From Candidatus Aerophobota bacterium (GTDB lineage: Bacteria > Aerophobota > Aerophobia > Aerophobales > JAGGXI01), in contig JAGGXI010000038.1 in assembly GCA_021163155.1 (NCBI GenBank), forward strand, positions 7,731 through 71,730: a stretch of DNA of 64,000 nt, written 5' to 3'. Shown here piece by piece: positions 1 to 9,785 of the stretch. Position 1 is the first letter of the stretch; each line of letters starts with the position of its first letter. The position numbers and the translations under genes were made by a program. The notes under the pieces are model-generated. The model saw only the letters and a program-made list of their open reading frames with translations. It did no database searches and was not told the DNA's origin.

Positions 1-42
1 ACGGAATTCTAAATTAAGTTTTAAGGAGACTTATATAAATCT

Positions 43-690
43 ATGCCAATAAATCCTAAAAGAAGAGTTAGACATACAAATGTGGAAGAGAAGACTTTCG
101 AGGCTCTTAAAGATATGATTTTAGTACAGGAGTTAAAACCTGGGGAGAGAATAATCCAGGATTCTGTTGCTAATAATCTTGGAGTGAGCAGAACACCAGT
201 AAAGAAAGCTTTAACAAAACTTGCTGAATTAGGGCTGGTTACTGTCAATTTAAAAGGACAAATTTATGTCAAAAGATTCTCTAAAAAGGAGATGCTGGCA
301 ACATATGATGTTCGAGAGGTATTGGAAGGATTATCTGCAAGACTGGCAGCAGAAAAGATAGGGGAGAAGGATATAAAAAAGATGCGAGAGATGTTTACTT
401 GTTTAAAGGAATCCGTAGGCGAATCCCCTTCTAAATTATATGCAGCTACTGATTTAAAATTTCATGAGTTTTTAGCACAGAAAAGTGGCAATGAGGTTTT
501 GTGTAAAATTATTCAAGGTTTTGGTATTCAAATTGCTGCATTTGAACCAGGAGTATTTAGATCTCCCAAAGATACTTTAAAGGACCATCTTAAAATCATT
601 GATGCTTTGGCGAATCATAATGGAGAGTTAGCTGAAACTTTGATGCGTACGCATATTAGAGCTACAAGAAAAAAAATTGCAAATTCATAA
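43..690 (+). CDS. GntR-family transcriptional regulator (wHTH plus FCD-like C-terminal domain)
   Basis: The N-terminal HTH 'GVSRTPVKKALTKLAELGLV' is typical of GntR. Length is 215 aa. It lies immediately upstream of the kor operon. Confidence 0.75.
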   Translation: MPINPKRRVRHTNVEEKTFEALKDMILVQELKPGERIIQDSVANNLGVSRTPVKKALTKLAELGLVTVNLKGQIYVKRFSKKEMLATYDVREVLEGLSARLAAEKIGEKDIKKMREMFTCLKESVGESPSKLYAATDLKFHEFLAQKSGNEVLCKIIQGFGIQIAAFEPGVFRSPKDTLKDHLKIIDALANHNGELAETLMRTHIRATRKKIANS

Positions 691-713
691 AAAAAGCTTT
701 AAAAGGAGAAAGG

Positions 714-929
714 ATGAAAAAAATTCATATAGATGAAAATCTATGCACAGGATGCGGTATTTGCATAGAATTTTGCCCTAAAAATGTTTTATCTTATTCA
801 CCCCAACGAAGTATTAGAGGAATTTATCCTGCACAGGTAGAAAATTTAGAGACTTGCACTCTCTGTAGGGTGTGTGAGTTATACTGCTCAGCTTTTGCTA
901 TAGCTGTGGAAGGAGAAAAAAATGAATAA
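714..929 (+). CDS. korD: 2-oxoacid:ferredoxin oxidoreductase delta subunit (2x[4Fe-4S] ferredoxin-like)
   Basis: Two CxxCxxCxxxCP motifs ('CTGCGICIEFCP', 'CTLCRVCELYC'). It overlaps the start of the alpha subunit. Confidence 0.7.
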   Translation: MKKIHIDENLCTGCGICIEFCPKNVLSYSPQRSIRGIYPAQVENLETCTLCRVCELYCSAFAIAVEGEKNE

Positions 930-2070
930 AAGAATTCTTTCCGGCACTCATCTCTTTCAGGGTGATGAAGCCTGTGTTGAAGGAGCCATAGCTGCCGGCT
1001 GCAATCTATTTGCCGGGTATCCAATTACTCCAGCTACTGAAATTTCTGAAAGACTATCCTGGAGATTATTTGACGTTGGAGGAATCTTTGTCCAGGGTGC
1101 AGATGAGCTTGATTCTTTAACTATTGTTATTGGCGCTGCTTGTGCTGGCTGGAAGTCTATGACCGCCACCTCAGGCAACGGAATATGCCTGATGCAGGAA
1201 TGCATAGGTTACGCAGCTATAACTGAAACTCCCTGCATAATTGTAGATGTGCAAAGAGCAGGCCCAGGAACAGGAGCAGCTACCAAAACTATGCAAGGGG
1301 ATGTCTATCAGGTAAGGTACGGGAGTAACGCCGATTACTCTATAATAGCACTTGCTCCAGAATCTCCACAGGAGATGTTTGACCTCACTGTGGAAGCTTT
1401 TAATCTCTCAGAGACTTATAGAGTGCCTACTTTTATTCTTGCTGATGAGATAGTTGGCCATATGAGAGAGAAAGTGGTCATTCCAGAAAAGGTAAAAATC
1501 ATCCAAAGAAAAAGAGCAAAATTCCCCCCACAGGAATTTCTTCCTTTTAAAGTAGAAAGTGATACCGATGTTCCCCCCATGCCCGCCTTTGGAGAAGGAT
1601 ATAGAATGCCAGTATCTGGCCTTACTCATACAGAAACAGGCTCCCCATCTACAGATTATGAAGTTCAGAAAAGAATGGTTTCCCGGTTGTGGAATAAAGT
1701 TGAAAAAAATGTAGAAAAGATAACCAAAATTGAGTCTGCATATCTGGAGGATGCACAAGTAATAGTTTTAGCTTATGGTTCTGTAGCAAGGTCTGCAAAG
1801 AGTGCTGTCCTTGAAGCAAGAAGACAGGGACTTAAAATAGGTTATCTTAGACTGATAACTATCTGGCCTTTTCCAGATAAAGTTATTGAAAATATTGCAA
1901 AAAGAAAGCCTAAGGCGATAATTTTTCCAGAAATGAATATGGGGAAAATGGTCAGAGAAGTAAAGAGAGTTGCTGGAGAGAGAACAAAGGTTATTTCTTT
2001 TCCTAAACCAGGGGTTGAACTTCATAAACCAAAAGAAATATATAATCTTATAAGGAGGGTAACCAATTGA
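922..2070 (+). CDS. korA: 2-oxoacid (2-oxoglutarate/pyruvate):ferredoxin oxidoreductase alpha subunit
   Basis: The 382-aa product resembles the KorA/PorA family ('GYPITPATEI', 'ILADEIVGHM'). It is translationally coupled to the delta and beta subunits. Confidence 0.85.
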   Translation: MNKRILSGTHLFQGDEACVEGAIAAGCNLFAGYPITPATEISERLSWRLFDVGGIFVQGADELDSLTIVIGAACAGWKSMTATSGNGICLMQECIGYAAITETPCIIVDVQRAGPGTGAATKTMQGDVYQVRYGSNADYSIIALAPESPQEMFDLTVEAFNLSETYRVPTFILADEIVGHMREKVVIPEKVKIIQRKRAKFPPQEFLPFKVESDTDVPPMPAFGEGYRMPVSGLTHTETGSPSTDYEVQKRMVSRLWNKVEKNVEKITKIESAYLEDAQVIVLAYGSVARSAKSAVLEARRQGLKIGYLRLITIWPFPDKVIENIAKRKPKAIIFPEMNMGKMVREVKRVAGERTKVISFPKPGVELHKPKEIYNLIRRVTN

Positions 2071-2903
2071 AAAAACATCCAGCTTTAAAATATTTTAGAT
2101 TTGATCGCCCAGGAAACCCTCATCTCTGGTGCCCAGGATGTGGAATACCTCAAATATGGTATTATACTATTAAAGCTATAGAGGAATTAAAATTGGATAT
2201 AGATAAAATTTTGTGGGTAGGGGGCAGCGGTTGCACGGGAAGAATGTGTACTTACTGGATAGGGGATTATTTTCATACCCTTCACGGTAGACCATTAGGG
2301 TTTGCCACTGGTGTAAAATTGGCTAATCCTGAGCTTACAGTAATCTGTCATATGGGGGATGGTGAAGTCGCCGGTATTGGTGGAAACCATCTCATCCAAA
2401 CAGCAAGACGAAATGTTGACCTGACAGCTATAGTAGTGAATAACTTTAACTATGGAATGACCGGTGGACAATTCTCGCCCACTACTCCTCGAGGGGCTTT
2501 CACAATGACCTCTCAATTAGGACATATCGAGTATCCTTTTGATTTATGCAAGCTGGCCGCTACTTGCGGAGCTACCTACGTAGCCAGATGGACTACTTTT
2601 CACTCTAGAGCTTTAATTAACTCTATTAAAAAGGGTATCCAAAAAAAAGGACTCTCTTTTATAGAGGTTATATCTCAATGTCCCACTCAATACGGAAGAA
2701 GAAATAAGATTGGGAATGGGATGCAAATGATGAAATGGTTTAAAAGGAGTTCAATAAGGAAAGAAAAAGCAGAAAAAACGCCTAAGGAAGAATTAAAGGA
2801 CAAATTTATTGTTGGCGAATTTGTAGATATAGAAAAGGCTGAATTTGGTGCCTCCTTGAGAGGACTTATTAAAAAAAGGAGAAAAGAAAGTGTCAAGAAT
2901 TGA
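2067..2903 (+). CDS. korB: 2-oxoacid:ferredoxin oxidoreductase beta subunit (TPP-binding)
   Basis: 'CPGCG' and 'GDG...G' TPP motifs are present. The start overlaps korA by 4 bp. Confidence 0.85.
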   Translation: MKKHPALKYFRFDRPGNPHLWCPGCGIPQIWYYTIKAIEELKLDIDKILWVGGSGCTGRMCTYWIGDYFHTLHGRPLGFATGVKLANPELTVICHMGDGEVAGIGGNHLIQTARRNVDLTAIVVNNFNYGMTGGQFSPTTPRGAFTMTSQLGHIEYPFDLCKLAATCGATYVARWTTFHSRALINSIKKGIQKKGLSFIEVISQCPTQYGRRNKIGNGMQMMKWFKRSSIRKEKAEKTPKEELKDKFIVGEFVDIEKAEFGASLRGLIKKRRKESVKN

Positions 2904-3426
2904 GGTAAGATTAACTGGGTTCGGCGGGCAAGGAGTAGTGCTTTCAGGAATCATTTTAGCCAGAGCGGCGATGTATGATAAAAAGGAGATGGTCCAGACT
3001 CAATCTTATGGTCCCGAGGCAAGGGGCGGAGCTTGCCGATCTGAGGTGGTTATCTCTGAGGAAGCTATACTTTATCCTTTAGTAGAAGAGGCTGATATTT
3101 TGGTAGCTATGTCTCAAGAAGCTCTGGATAAGCATATAGACAGTATAAAAAAAGGAGGAACTTTAATTATAGATTCAGATACAATATCTCGAGTCCCTGA
3201 AAAAATTGGAATTAAAGTGAATAAAGTCCCAGCTACCAGTATAGCCTCAGAAAAATTAGGCAAGGGGATTGTCGCTAATATAGTAATGCTGGGAGCTCTT
3301 ACCAATTTAGCAGATATAGTTAGCAAAGAAGCTATGGAAAAAGCAGTTAAAGAGAGCGTCCCACAAGGAACAGAGGCGATTAATTTAAAGGCATTAGAAG
3401 AAGGTTATCTTTGTGCCCAAAAGTAA
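2890..3426 (+). CDS. korC: 2-oxoacid:ferredoxin oxidoreductase gamma subunit
   Basis: 'LTGFGGQGVVLSGIILA' is the signature of the gamma subunit. Length is 178 aa. Confidence 0.8.
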   Translation: MSRIEVRLTGFGGQGVVLSGIILARAAMYDKKEMVQTQSYGPEARGGACRSEVVISEEAILYPLVEEADILVAMSQEALDKHIDSIKKGGTLIIDSDTISRVPEKIGIKVNKVPATSIASEKLGKGIVANIVMLGALTNLADIVSKEAMEKAVKESVPQGTEAINLKALEEGYLCAQK

Positions 3427-3573
3427 GGAGGGGAAGAAGGATTAAAGGATTAAAGGGGCAGAGGGAAAAACAAAACAGTGAGAAGTAAATTGGTAGCCGC
3501 AAGGCTCAGAGCCTGCGAAGAGGTGATATGTGAGAGGGGAAAACAAGAAAACATTAAAAAACAAGGAGAGGAA

Positions 3574-4779
3574 ATGAGATTATACGAATTTGAAGCTAAG
3601 AATATTTTTGCCTCTTATGGAATCCCTCTTCCTCAAGGAAAAATTATTACTACACCAAAAGAGGCAAAAAAAGTAGCTGAAGAAATCGGTAAGGAGGTAG
3701 CTCTTAAGGCTCAGGTGTTGGTTACAGGAAGAGGAAAATTGGGGGGAGTGAAATTTGCCTCCATCCCTGAAAAGGCCGAAAGTACTGCTTCTAAAATGCT
3801 TAAGGCCAGGATAAAGGGTTACTCTGTAGAACAAATACTAATTGAGGAAAAATTAGTAATAGAGCAAGAATTATATTTAGGGGCTACTTATGATGAAGTA
3901 GCAAAAAAAAGGATAATGATTTGTAGCAGTATGGGCGGTATGGATATAAATGAGGTCTCCCAAAAGCATCCAGAAAAAATATTCAAAGTGTTGATTGACC
4001 CTTTTATAGGGTTTCAACCTTATCAGGCTAAGGAGCTATCATATACATTAGGATTACCTCCCAAGATGTCTAAAACTATTCAATCAATAATACTTAATGT
4101 ATGGGAAATATTTATAAAATTTGATGCTACTCTCACCGAGATAAATCCTTTAGGATTAACAAAAGAAGGTAAGCTGATTATTTGTGATGCTCATATTGAA
4201 ATAGAAGATGATGCTCTATTTAGACAAAAAAAGAGATTGGAAGGGTTTGGTATTAATGAAAGAGAAGATAAAGCTCGTCCTCCAACCGAGTTTGAGATAA
4301 AAGCTGCTGAAATTGACAGGGCGGATTATCGAGGAGTTGCCGGAAGAGTAACTGAGTTTGGTGGTAATCTTGGTTTATTAATTGGAGCGGGCGGAGGCAG
4401 CCTGACTACTTTTGATGCCGTGCTTAATCATGGAGGAAAACCTGCTAATTACTGCGAAGTGGGAGGAAATGCTCCTGTAAGGAAAATATATAATTTAACT
4501 AAACTGATTTTAACCAAACAAAATGTAAAAGGACTGGCAGTAATCACTAATGTATATAGCAACTCAAGAGTGGATTTTATAGCCAGAGGGGTAATTAAAG
4601 CTATGGTAGAATTAGGGATAGACCCTAAAAGGTATCCCATTTTATTTAGGTCTGCTGGCGCCTTTGAAAAAGATGGCTATGCTATCCTTAGAAAGTACGG
4701 TGTAGAGTATTATGGCCGAGAGACTCCAATGGATGAAGCAGCAAGATTGGCGGTAGAGATGATGAAAAAGAGGGAGTAA
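3574..4779 (+). CDS. sucC: ADP-forming succinyl-CoA synthetase beta subunit (ATP-grasp)
   Basis: 'MRLYEFEAKNIFASYGIPLPQG' matches the SucC N-terminus. I use the ATG at 3574 with RBS 'aggagagg' rather than the GTG at 3478 in the ORF track. Confidence 0.75.
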   Translation: MRLYEFEAKNIFASYGIPLPQGKIITTPKEAKKVAEEIGKEVALKAQVLVTGRGKLGGVKFASIPEKAESTASKMLKARIKGYSVEQILIEEKLVIEQELYLGATYDEVAKKRIMICSSMGGMDINEVSQKHPEKIFKVLIDPFIGFQPYQAKELSYTLGLPPKMSKTIQSIILNVWEIFIKFDATLTEINPLGLTKEGKLIICDAHIEIEDDALFRQKKRLEGFGINEREDKARPPTEFEIKAAEIDRADYRGVAGRVTEFGGNLGLLIGAGGGSLTTFDAVLNHGGKPANYCEVGGNAPVRKIYNLTKLILTKQNVKGLAVITNVYSNSRVDFIARGVIKAMVELGIDPKRYPILFRSAGAFEKDGYAILRKYGVEYYGRETPMDEAARLAVEMMKKRE

Positions 4780-4782
4780 AAA

Positions 4783-5688
4783 ATGGCTATATTAATTGAT
4801 GAAAAAACTAAGGTGATAATTCAGGGTATTACGGGAAGGGAAGCGGTAACCTTTACCAGAGGAATGCTTGATTATGGAACAAAAGTAGTTGCTGGAGTAA
4901 CTCCAGACAAGGAAGGACAAAAAATATATGGTGTACCTGTATACAATTGTGTAAAAACTGCTTTGAAAAATCATAAAGCGAATACTTCTATTGTCTCTGT
5001 TCCTCCCAGATTTGCCAAAGATGCTACCTTTGAGGCTATAGATGCTGGAATTAAATTAATAAATGTATTTACAGAAAGGATCCCCCGAGCCGATGTTATA
5101 GAAATGATAGCTTTTGCTAAACAGAGAGAGGCAAGAATCGTTGGGCCTAACTCTCTGGGTATGATTTCTCCAGGAAAAATAAAATTGGGTTCTATAGGAG
5201 GACCTGTAGATGAATGTAATAAAGCTTTCACTCCCGGAAATGTGGCTGTTCTCTCTCGAAGTGGGGGAATGCTTGTAGAAACCTGCAGTCAGCTCTCTTT
5301 AAATGGGATAGGCCAAAGTATTGCTATAAACATTGGCGGAGACCCCATAATAGGCTCTACCTTTTATGAACTTCTTCCCTTATTAGAAAAAGACCTTCAA
5401 ACAAAAGTAATAGTGCTTTTCTGCGAGCCGGGAACTGTTCAGGAAGAGATAACGGCTAAATTTGTTAAAGAAGCCTCTTACACAAAACCTATTGTAGTTT
5501 TTATTGCTGGAAGCTTTGTAGATAATATGCAAGGGATGAGATTTGGGCATGCAGCAGTAATTGTTCATGGAGAGATGGGTTCTACTAAAGTAAAAGCCCG
5601 TATAATGAGAGAAGCTGGAATAAGAGTTGTAGATTACCATTCACAAATTGTAACTGAAGTAAGAAAAATATTAAAAGAGATTTCTTGA
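4783..5688 (+). CDS. sucD: succinyl-CoA synthetase alpha subunit (CoA-binding, phospho-His 'FGHAA')
   Basis: The CoA-binding N-terminus and 'MRFGHAAVIV' phosphohistidine loop are present. It directly follows sucC. Confidence 0.8.
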   Translation: MAILIDEKTKVIIQGITGREAVTFTRGMLDYGTKVVAGVTPDKEGQKIYGVPVYNCVKTALKNHKANTSIVSVPPRFAKDATFEAIDAGIKLINVFTERIPRADVIEMIAFAKQREARIVGPNSLGMISPGKIKLGSIGGPVDECNKAFTPGNVAVLSRSGGMLVETCSQLSLNGIGQSIAINIGGDPIIGSTFYELLPLLEKDLQTKVIVLFCEPGTVQEEITAKFVKEASYTKPIVVFIAGSFVDNMQGMRFGHAAVIVHGEMGSTKVKARIMREAGIRVVDYHSQIVTEVRKILKEIS

Positions 5689-5915
5689 GGGGGGTTATTA
5701 TGGGAATGTTTATCCAGATAAAAATTGATAAAGACAGATGTCAGGCTTCTTTAAATGATTGTAGAGAATGTATTAATATTTGCCCTGTAGATGTCTTTCA
5801 GTTTAAAGATGGACAGATAGTAACTATACCTTATAATGAAGATGAGTGCACTTTATGTTATATGTGTGAGAAAAAATGTCCTGATAAGGCAATAAAGGTT
5901 GTAAAACTCTATTAA
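5685..5915 (+). CDS. small 2x[4Fe-4S] ferredoxin
   Basis: Two Cys clusters ('CRECINICP', 'CTLCYMCEKKCP'). The gene overlaps the end of sucD. Confidence 0.6.
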   Translation: MRGVIMGMFIQIKIDKDRCQASLNDCRECINICPVDVFQFKDGQIVTIPYNEDECTLCYMCEKKCPDKAIKVVKLY

Positions 5916-5977
5916 TTTATAAACCTAAATTGGGCGATTTAAATTTTGTTCACTAAAATAATATCTGGAGGGAAAAT

Positions 5978-7363
5978 ATGAATAATCTTGATATGATTAT
6001 TAAGTCAAAAAATGTATTTATAGATGGCAGATTAATAGATTGCAGTATAGGAATAAAAGAAGGGAAGATTGCATCGATAAGCAAAACAGAATTAGAAAAA
6101 GCTAAGATAATTATTGATGCAAAAGAGAAAATTGTATTACCAGGCACTATAGACCCGCATGTGCATATAAGAGCTCCTGGACATGAAGAAAGGGAGACAT
6201 TTGAGACAGGTACAAAAGCAGCTGCAGCAGGTGGGGTTACCACATTAATTGAACATCCAATCTCTACCCCACCACCACATTCTCCAGAACTGGTAAAAAG
6301 AAGGATGGAGATAGCAAAAAATCAAATTGTAGTTGATATTGCATTTTTTGGTGCTGCAGGCATAGAATATTTAGATGATATTATTCCTTGCTCGAAAACT
6401 GGTATTGTTGCATTTAAAACTTTCTTGCATGAGGCTCCCAAAGGAAGAGAAAAAGAATTCGAAGGACTTACTGCACCCTTAGACGGGGACCTATACGAAG
6501 TTATGAAAAAAATAGCCAGAACAAATCTTTTAGCTGCCTTTCATGCAGAAAATAATAGCATAATAAAAAATCAAATTAAGATTTTTAGAGATAAAGGGGA
6601 AACCTCTCCAATTTATCATGTTAAATCTCGACCACCAATTGCTGAAATAGAGGCAACTTCAAAAATTTTATTATTTGCTGAAGAAACTGGTGCAAGGGTT
6701 CAAATATGTCACATCACCACACCAAGAGCTGTTGAATTAATAAATGATGCAAAAAGAAGGGGTATAGATGTAATAGCAGAAACATGCCCTCAATACTTAC
6801 TACTTAATGAGGAATACCTTAACAAATATGGTGCATATGCCAAATGTAACCCACCGCTTAGAACTGAGGAAGAGCGAAAAGCTATGTGGAGACTGGTAAA
6901 CGATGGAAGCATTGATACAATAGGTAGCGACCATGCTCCTTACACAAGGGAAGAAAAAGAGAGAGGCAAGGATAATATATTTAAGGCACCTTCAGGCTTA
7001 CCTGGTATTGAACAGAGATTACCCCTACTTTTCACTAAAGTAAAAGAGGGAGAACTTGCTTTAGGAAGAATGGTAGACCTTATTAGTAGAAACCCTGCAA
7101 AAATATTTGGTCTGTATCCAGGAAAAGGGACAATTACGATTGGCTCTGATGCAGATTTTGTAATTATTGATCCAAATAAAAAGGAAATTATCTCAAGAGA
7201 TAAAATGTTTACTAAAGTAAGAGATGTTGCAAAAGTATATGAAGGATGGGAGGTTTATGGAATACCTGAGATTACCATAGTCCGAGGAAATGTAGTTTTT
7301 GATAATGGTGAAATAAAGGTTTCTCCAGGATATGGGAAAATTATAAAACGACAACAGCATTGA
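5978..7363 (+). CDS. cyclic amidohydrolase (dihydropyrimidinase/hydantoinase/allantoinase family)
   Basis: The 'DPHVHIR' metal-binding motif and 461-aa length fit an amidohydrolase. Confidence 0.75.
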   Translation: MNNLDMIIKSKNVFIDGRLIDCSIGIKEGKIASISKTELEKAKIIIDAKEKIVLPGTIDPHVHIRAPGHEERETFETGTKAAAAGGVTTLIEHPISTPPPHSPELVKRRMEIAKNQIVVDIAFFGAAGIEYLDDIIPCSKTGIVAFKTFLHEAPKGREKEFEGLTAPLDGDLYEVMKKIARTNLLAAFHAENNSIIKNQIKIFRDKGETSPIYHVKSRPPIAEIEATSKILLFAEETGARVQICHITTPRAVELINDAKRRGIDVIAETCPQYLLLNEEYLNKYGAYAKCNPPLRTEEERKAMWRLVNDGSIDTIGSDHAPYTREEKERGKDNIFKAPSGLPGIEQRLPLLFTKVKEGELALGRMVDLISRNPAKIFGLYPGKGTITIGSDADFVIIDPNKKEIISRDKMFTKVRDVAKVYEGWEVYGIPEITIVRGNVVFDNGEIKVSPGYGKIIKRQQH

Positions 7364-7440
7364 GGATAAGGATTAATCTCTCTTTTTAAGAACTTTCTGC
7401 GATCACTTGATAGTACCAAAAAAGTATTAGTTTGCCAGGT

Positions 7441-7615
7441 TTATGGGTATCAAGGGATTTTCCCTGAAGGAGCCTTATAAGTTTGGGTAGATAAGTAGAG
7501 AGTGAATGAGTAGATGAGAAAAAGAGTAAATGCTAATGCATAAAGATGATGAGAAGGACTGTTCCTCTTACCCATCAACCCATCATTCCATTCACCCATT
7601 TACTCCTAAACAGCG
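7441..7615. repeat. compound family-A-related element with GA-rich and CT-rich imperfect inverted arms ('gggtagataagtagagagtgaatgagtagatgag' / 'cccatcaacccatcattccattcacccatttactcc')
   Basis: It shares the 'ttccctgaaggagccttataag' motif with 52625 and the 'cacccatttac' arm with 38600. Confidence 0.55.
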
Positions 7616-7680
7616 ATGGAGAGGAAGAATCCCGAGATATTCTTGACAGCTAGCTTTTGGAGGAAAATCCTTTTATAAAA

Positions 7681-7706
7681 TAGGGAACGGTCGCGACCGT
7701 TCCCTA
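7681..7706. promoter_or_regulatory. perfect 26-bp palindrome TAGGGAACGGTCGCGACCGTTCCCTA (candidate protein-binding site or GC hairpin)
   Basis: Read directly from the sequence. It lies in a 650-bp intergenic region upstream of the dpp-like operon and appears unique in the window. Confidence 0.4.
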
Positions 7707-7837
7707 CCTCAATAAATGTGGAATCTGTGATTTTGAAATTAATCTTTCTCTTCTTACATAGATCGTTATTAATGCAAATATTACGGATTTCAAGATATTC
7801 TAAAAATCTAACAAGATGAGTTTCCTACAAAAGTTGG

Positions 7838-7872
7838 TTGACAAAAAAAGGGAATAATATAAAGATAAGGTT
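7838..7872 (+). promoter_or_regulatory. candidate sigma70 promoter (TTGACA..TATAAA) for the peptide ABC operon
   Basis: A TTGACA at 7838 is followed by an A-rich spacer and TATAAA. It lies about 170 bp upstream of the gene at 8038. Confidence 0.35.
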
Positions 7873-8037
7873 TGATTTTGATAAGGAAAAGGCTAAAAAT
7901 AAGACCAAAAGGAGGTGAGAGAATAAATATAGTTATTAGCTGGGGAGAGAGAGTTTCGGAAGAAAGAATATATTAAATAACTAAATTTTTTAAAAATCTT
8001 TTAGGGAAAATAAATAATATCAAGGAGGCTGTGAAAG

Positions 8038-9618
8038 ATGGTAAATACGAGATGGAAATTGTTAGTTAAGAATATGACGATGCTGATATTAATAGTCTTT
8101 ACAATGGCGCTTTTTATCGGAATCGGCAGTGCTAACGAAGTAAAACCAACTTATGGAGGTACGCTAAAGGTTGGTGTATATAGACCTATTCCTAGCTTAG
8201 CCTATTATAGATCCTATGATGTGTCGCAAAATCTGACAACTATGGCAATCTGGGATACTTTGCTTCAATATGATGAAAACGGAAATCTATTACCTTGTCT
8301 TGCAGAGTCATGGGAAGTCCCAGATGCCAAAACAATTGTGCTTCATCTTAGAGAAGGAGTAAAATTTCACGATGGAAACACAATGGATGCAGAAGACGTT
8401 GTTGCAAGTATCAAATTTGCTACTTCACCAGAGGCAAAATCTCCTATGGCCTGGATGTTTGATTCAATGGAGAGCATAAAGGCACTGGATAATTTAACAG
8501 TACAAATAAATCTTAAGACACCAAGTACTGTTGATATTTTATATGCCTTAGCTACAGGTGAAGGCGGTGTTACCAGCAAGGAGGCTATAAAGAAATACGG
8601 TGTTGGACTTGGGGAACATCCAATAGGTGCAGGGCCATTTAAATTAGAAAAGTGGGAAAGGGGAAGTCGCGCAGTATTGGTTAAATTCGATGACTATTGG
8701 CAAAAAGGGAAACCTTATCTGGATAAAATTATCTTCAACATTATACAGGAAGAGTTTACAAACCTTACAAGTCTCAAGAGTGGAGATATTAACATGGCGT
8801 ATAGGATATCCTATAAGAATTTGAAATTACTTACAAATGTAGAAGATATTAACATCAATGCTTTTCCTACCTATAACATTTACTATCTTGCTTTAAAAGA
8901 CAATAAAGCTCCATTTAATGATGTGCGGGTTAGAAAAGCATTAAATTATGCTATTGATAGAAAAGCGTTAACAGAAGCCGTTACCTTTGGCTACGCTGTC
9001 CCGGCAATAACAGGTATTCCACCAAACTTAGCAGGTTCATTAGCAGGAATTGAGCCTCTGTATCCTTATGATCCAAAAAAAGCAAGGGAGCTTTTGAAGG
9101 AAGCAGGATATCCAAATGGTTTTTCATTTGAAGCGATAATTGGCGCTGTATCCCCTGATTTGGAGACAGGTTTAGTGCTTCAAAGGTATTTTAAGGCAAT
9201 TGGCGTTGACCTTAAACTTGTTGCAGAAGAACCAAGTACTATGTGGAGCCATCTACAAGCAGGAGCTTATAAGGATGCTGCTTTCAGTTTTTGGTATCCT
9301 GACTTCCCAGATGCCATGGGGACGCTTAGGCCTTTTTATTACTCAACAAATGCACCACCAGAAGGTTGCTGCAACTTTTCCTACTATGCCAATAAAGAGG
9401 TGGATAGATTATTAGATGAAGCAGCAAAAGAAACCGATAATGAGAGAAGAAGCAAGCTTTATATAGAAGTAAATAAGATACTTTACAATGATGCTGCAAA
9501 AGTATGGCTATACCACGTTCAGGAAGCATTACCTGCGTTAGCTAAAGTAAAAGGATTCAAGGCCGGTCCAATGTTTGGCTTCCAACACCTTATGACAGAT
9601 GTCTGGCTGGGGAAATAA
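8038..9618 (+). CDS. ABC transporter substrate-binding protein, peptide/nickel family 5
   Basis: The 526-aa product has a signal/TM N-terminus and a family-5 SBP fold. Downstream lie two permeases and two ATPases. Confidence 0.85.
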   Translation: MVNTRWKLLVKNMTMLILIVFTMALFIGIGSANEVKPTYGGTLKVGVYRPIPSLAYYRSYDVSQNLTTMAIWDTLLQYDENGNLLPCLAESWEVPDAKTIVLHLREGVKFHDGNTMDAEDVVASIKFATSPEAKSPMAWMFDSMESIKALDNLTVQINLKTPSTVDILYALATGEGGVTSKEAIKKYGVGLGEHPIGAGPFKLEKWERGSRAVLVKFDDYWQKGKPYLDKIIFNIIQEEFTNLTSLKSGDINMAYRISYKNLKLLTNVEDININAFPTYNIYYLALKDNKAPFNDVRVRKALNYAIDRKALTEAVTFGYAVPAITGIPPNLAGSLAGIEPLYPYDPKKARELLKEAGYPNGFSFEAIIGAVSPDLETGLVLQRYFKAIGVDLKLVAEEPSTMWSHLQAGAYKDAAFSFWYPDFPDAMGTLRPFYYSTNAPPEGCCNFSYYANKEVDRLLDEAAKETDNERRSKLYIEVNKILYNDAAKVWLYHVQEALPALAKVKGFKAGPMFGFQHLMTDVWLGK

Positions 9619-9785
9619 GGCTTTAGAAAAAATTTCGATTATAGTAATTATGAGTTAAAGGACAAGCTCATAGGTTAATTGTTGGTTGGGGAGTATATGC
9701 TCTCTCTAACCAAACTTTTCTTTAAGTAATTAGTCAATGGATGGGATTAACTGATTAATCAGTGTGAGAAGGTAAGGAGGTTTTT

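Noticed and set aside
3478-3573. GTG-initiated N-terminal extension of sucC in the ORF track
   Set aside because: An ATG at 3574 has a good RBS (aggagagg) and yields the canonical SucC N-terminus 'MRLYEFEAK'. The upstream extension is likely non-coding.
957-5640. Numerous 60-130-aa minus-strand ORFs inside kor/suc genes (e.g. 957..1205, 1408..1758, 1768..2025, 3580..3834, 5383..5640)
   Set aside because: They are antisense to strongly supported long genes and have low-complexity products. These are typical shadow ORFs of AT-rich DNA.
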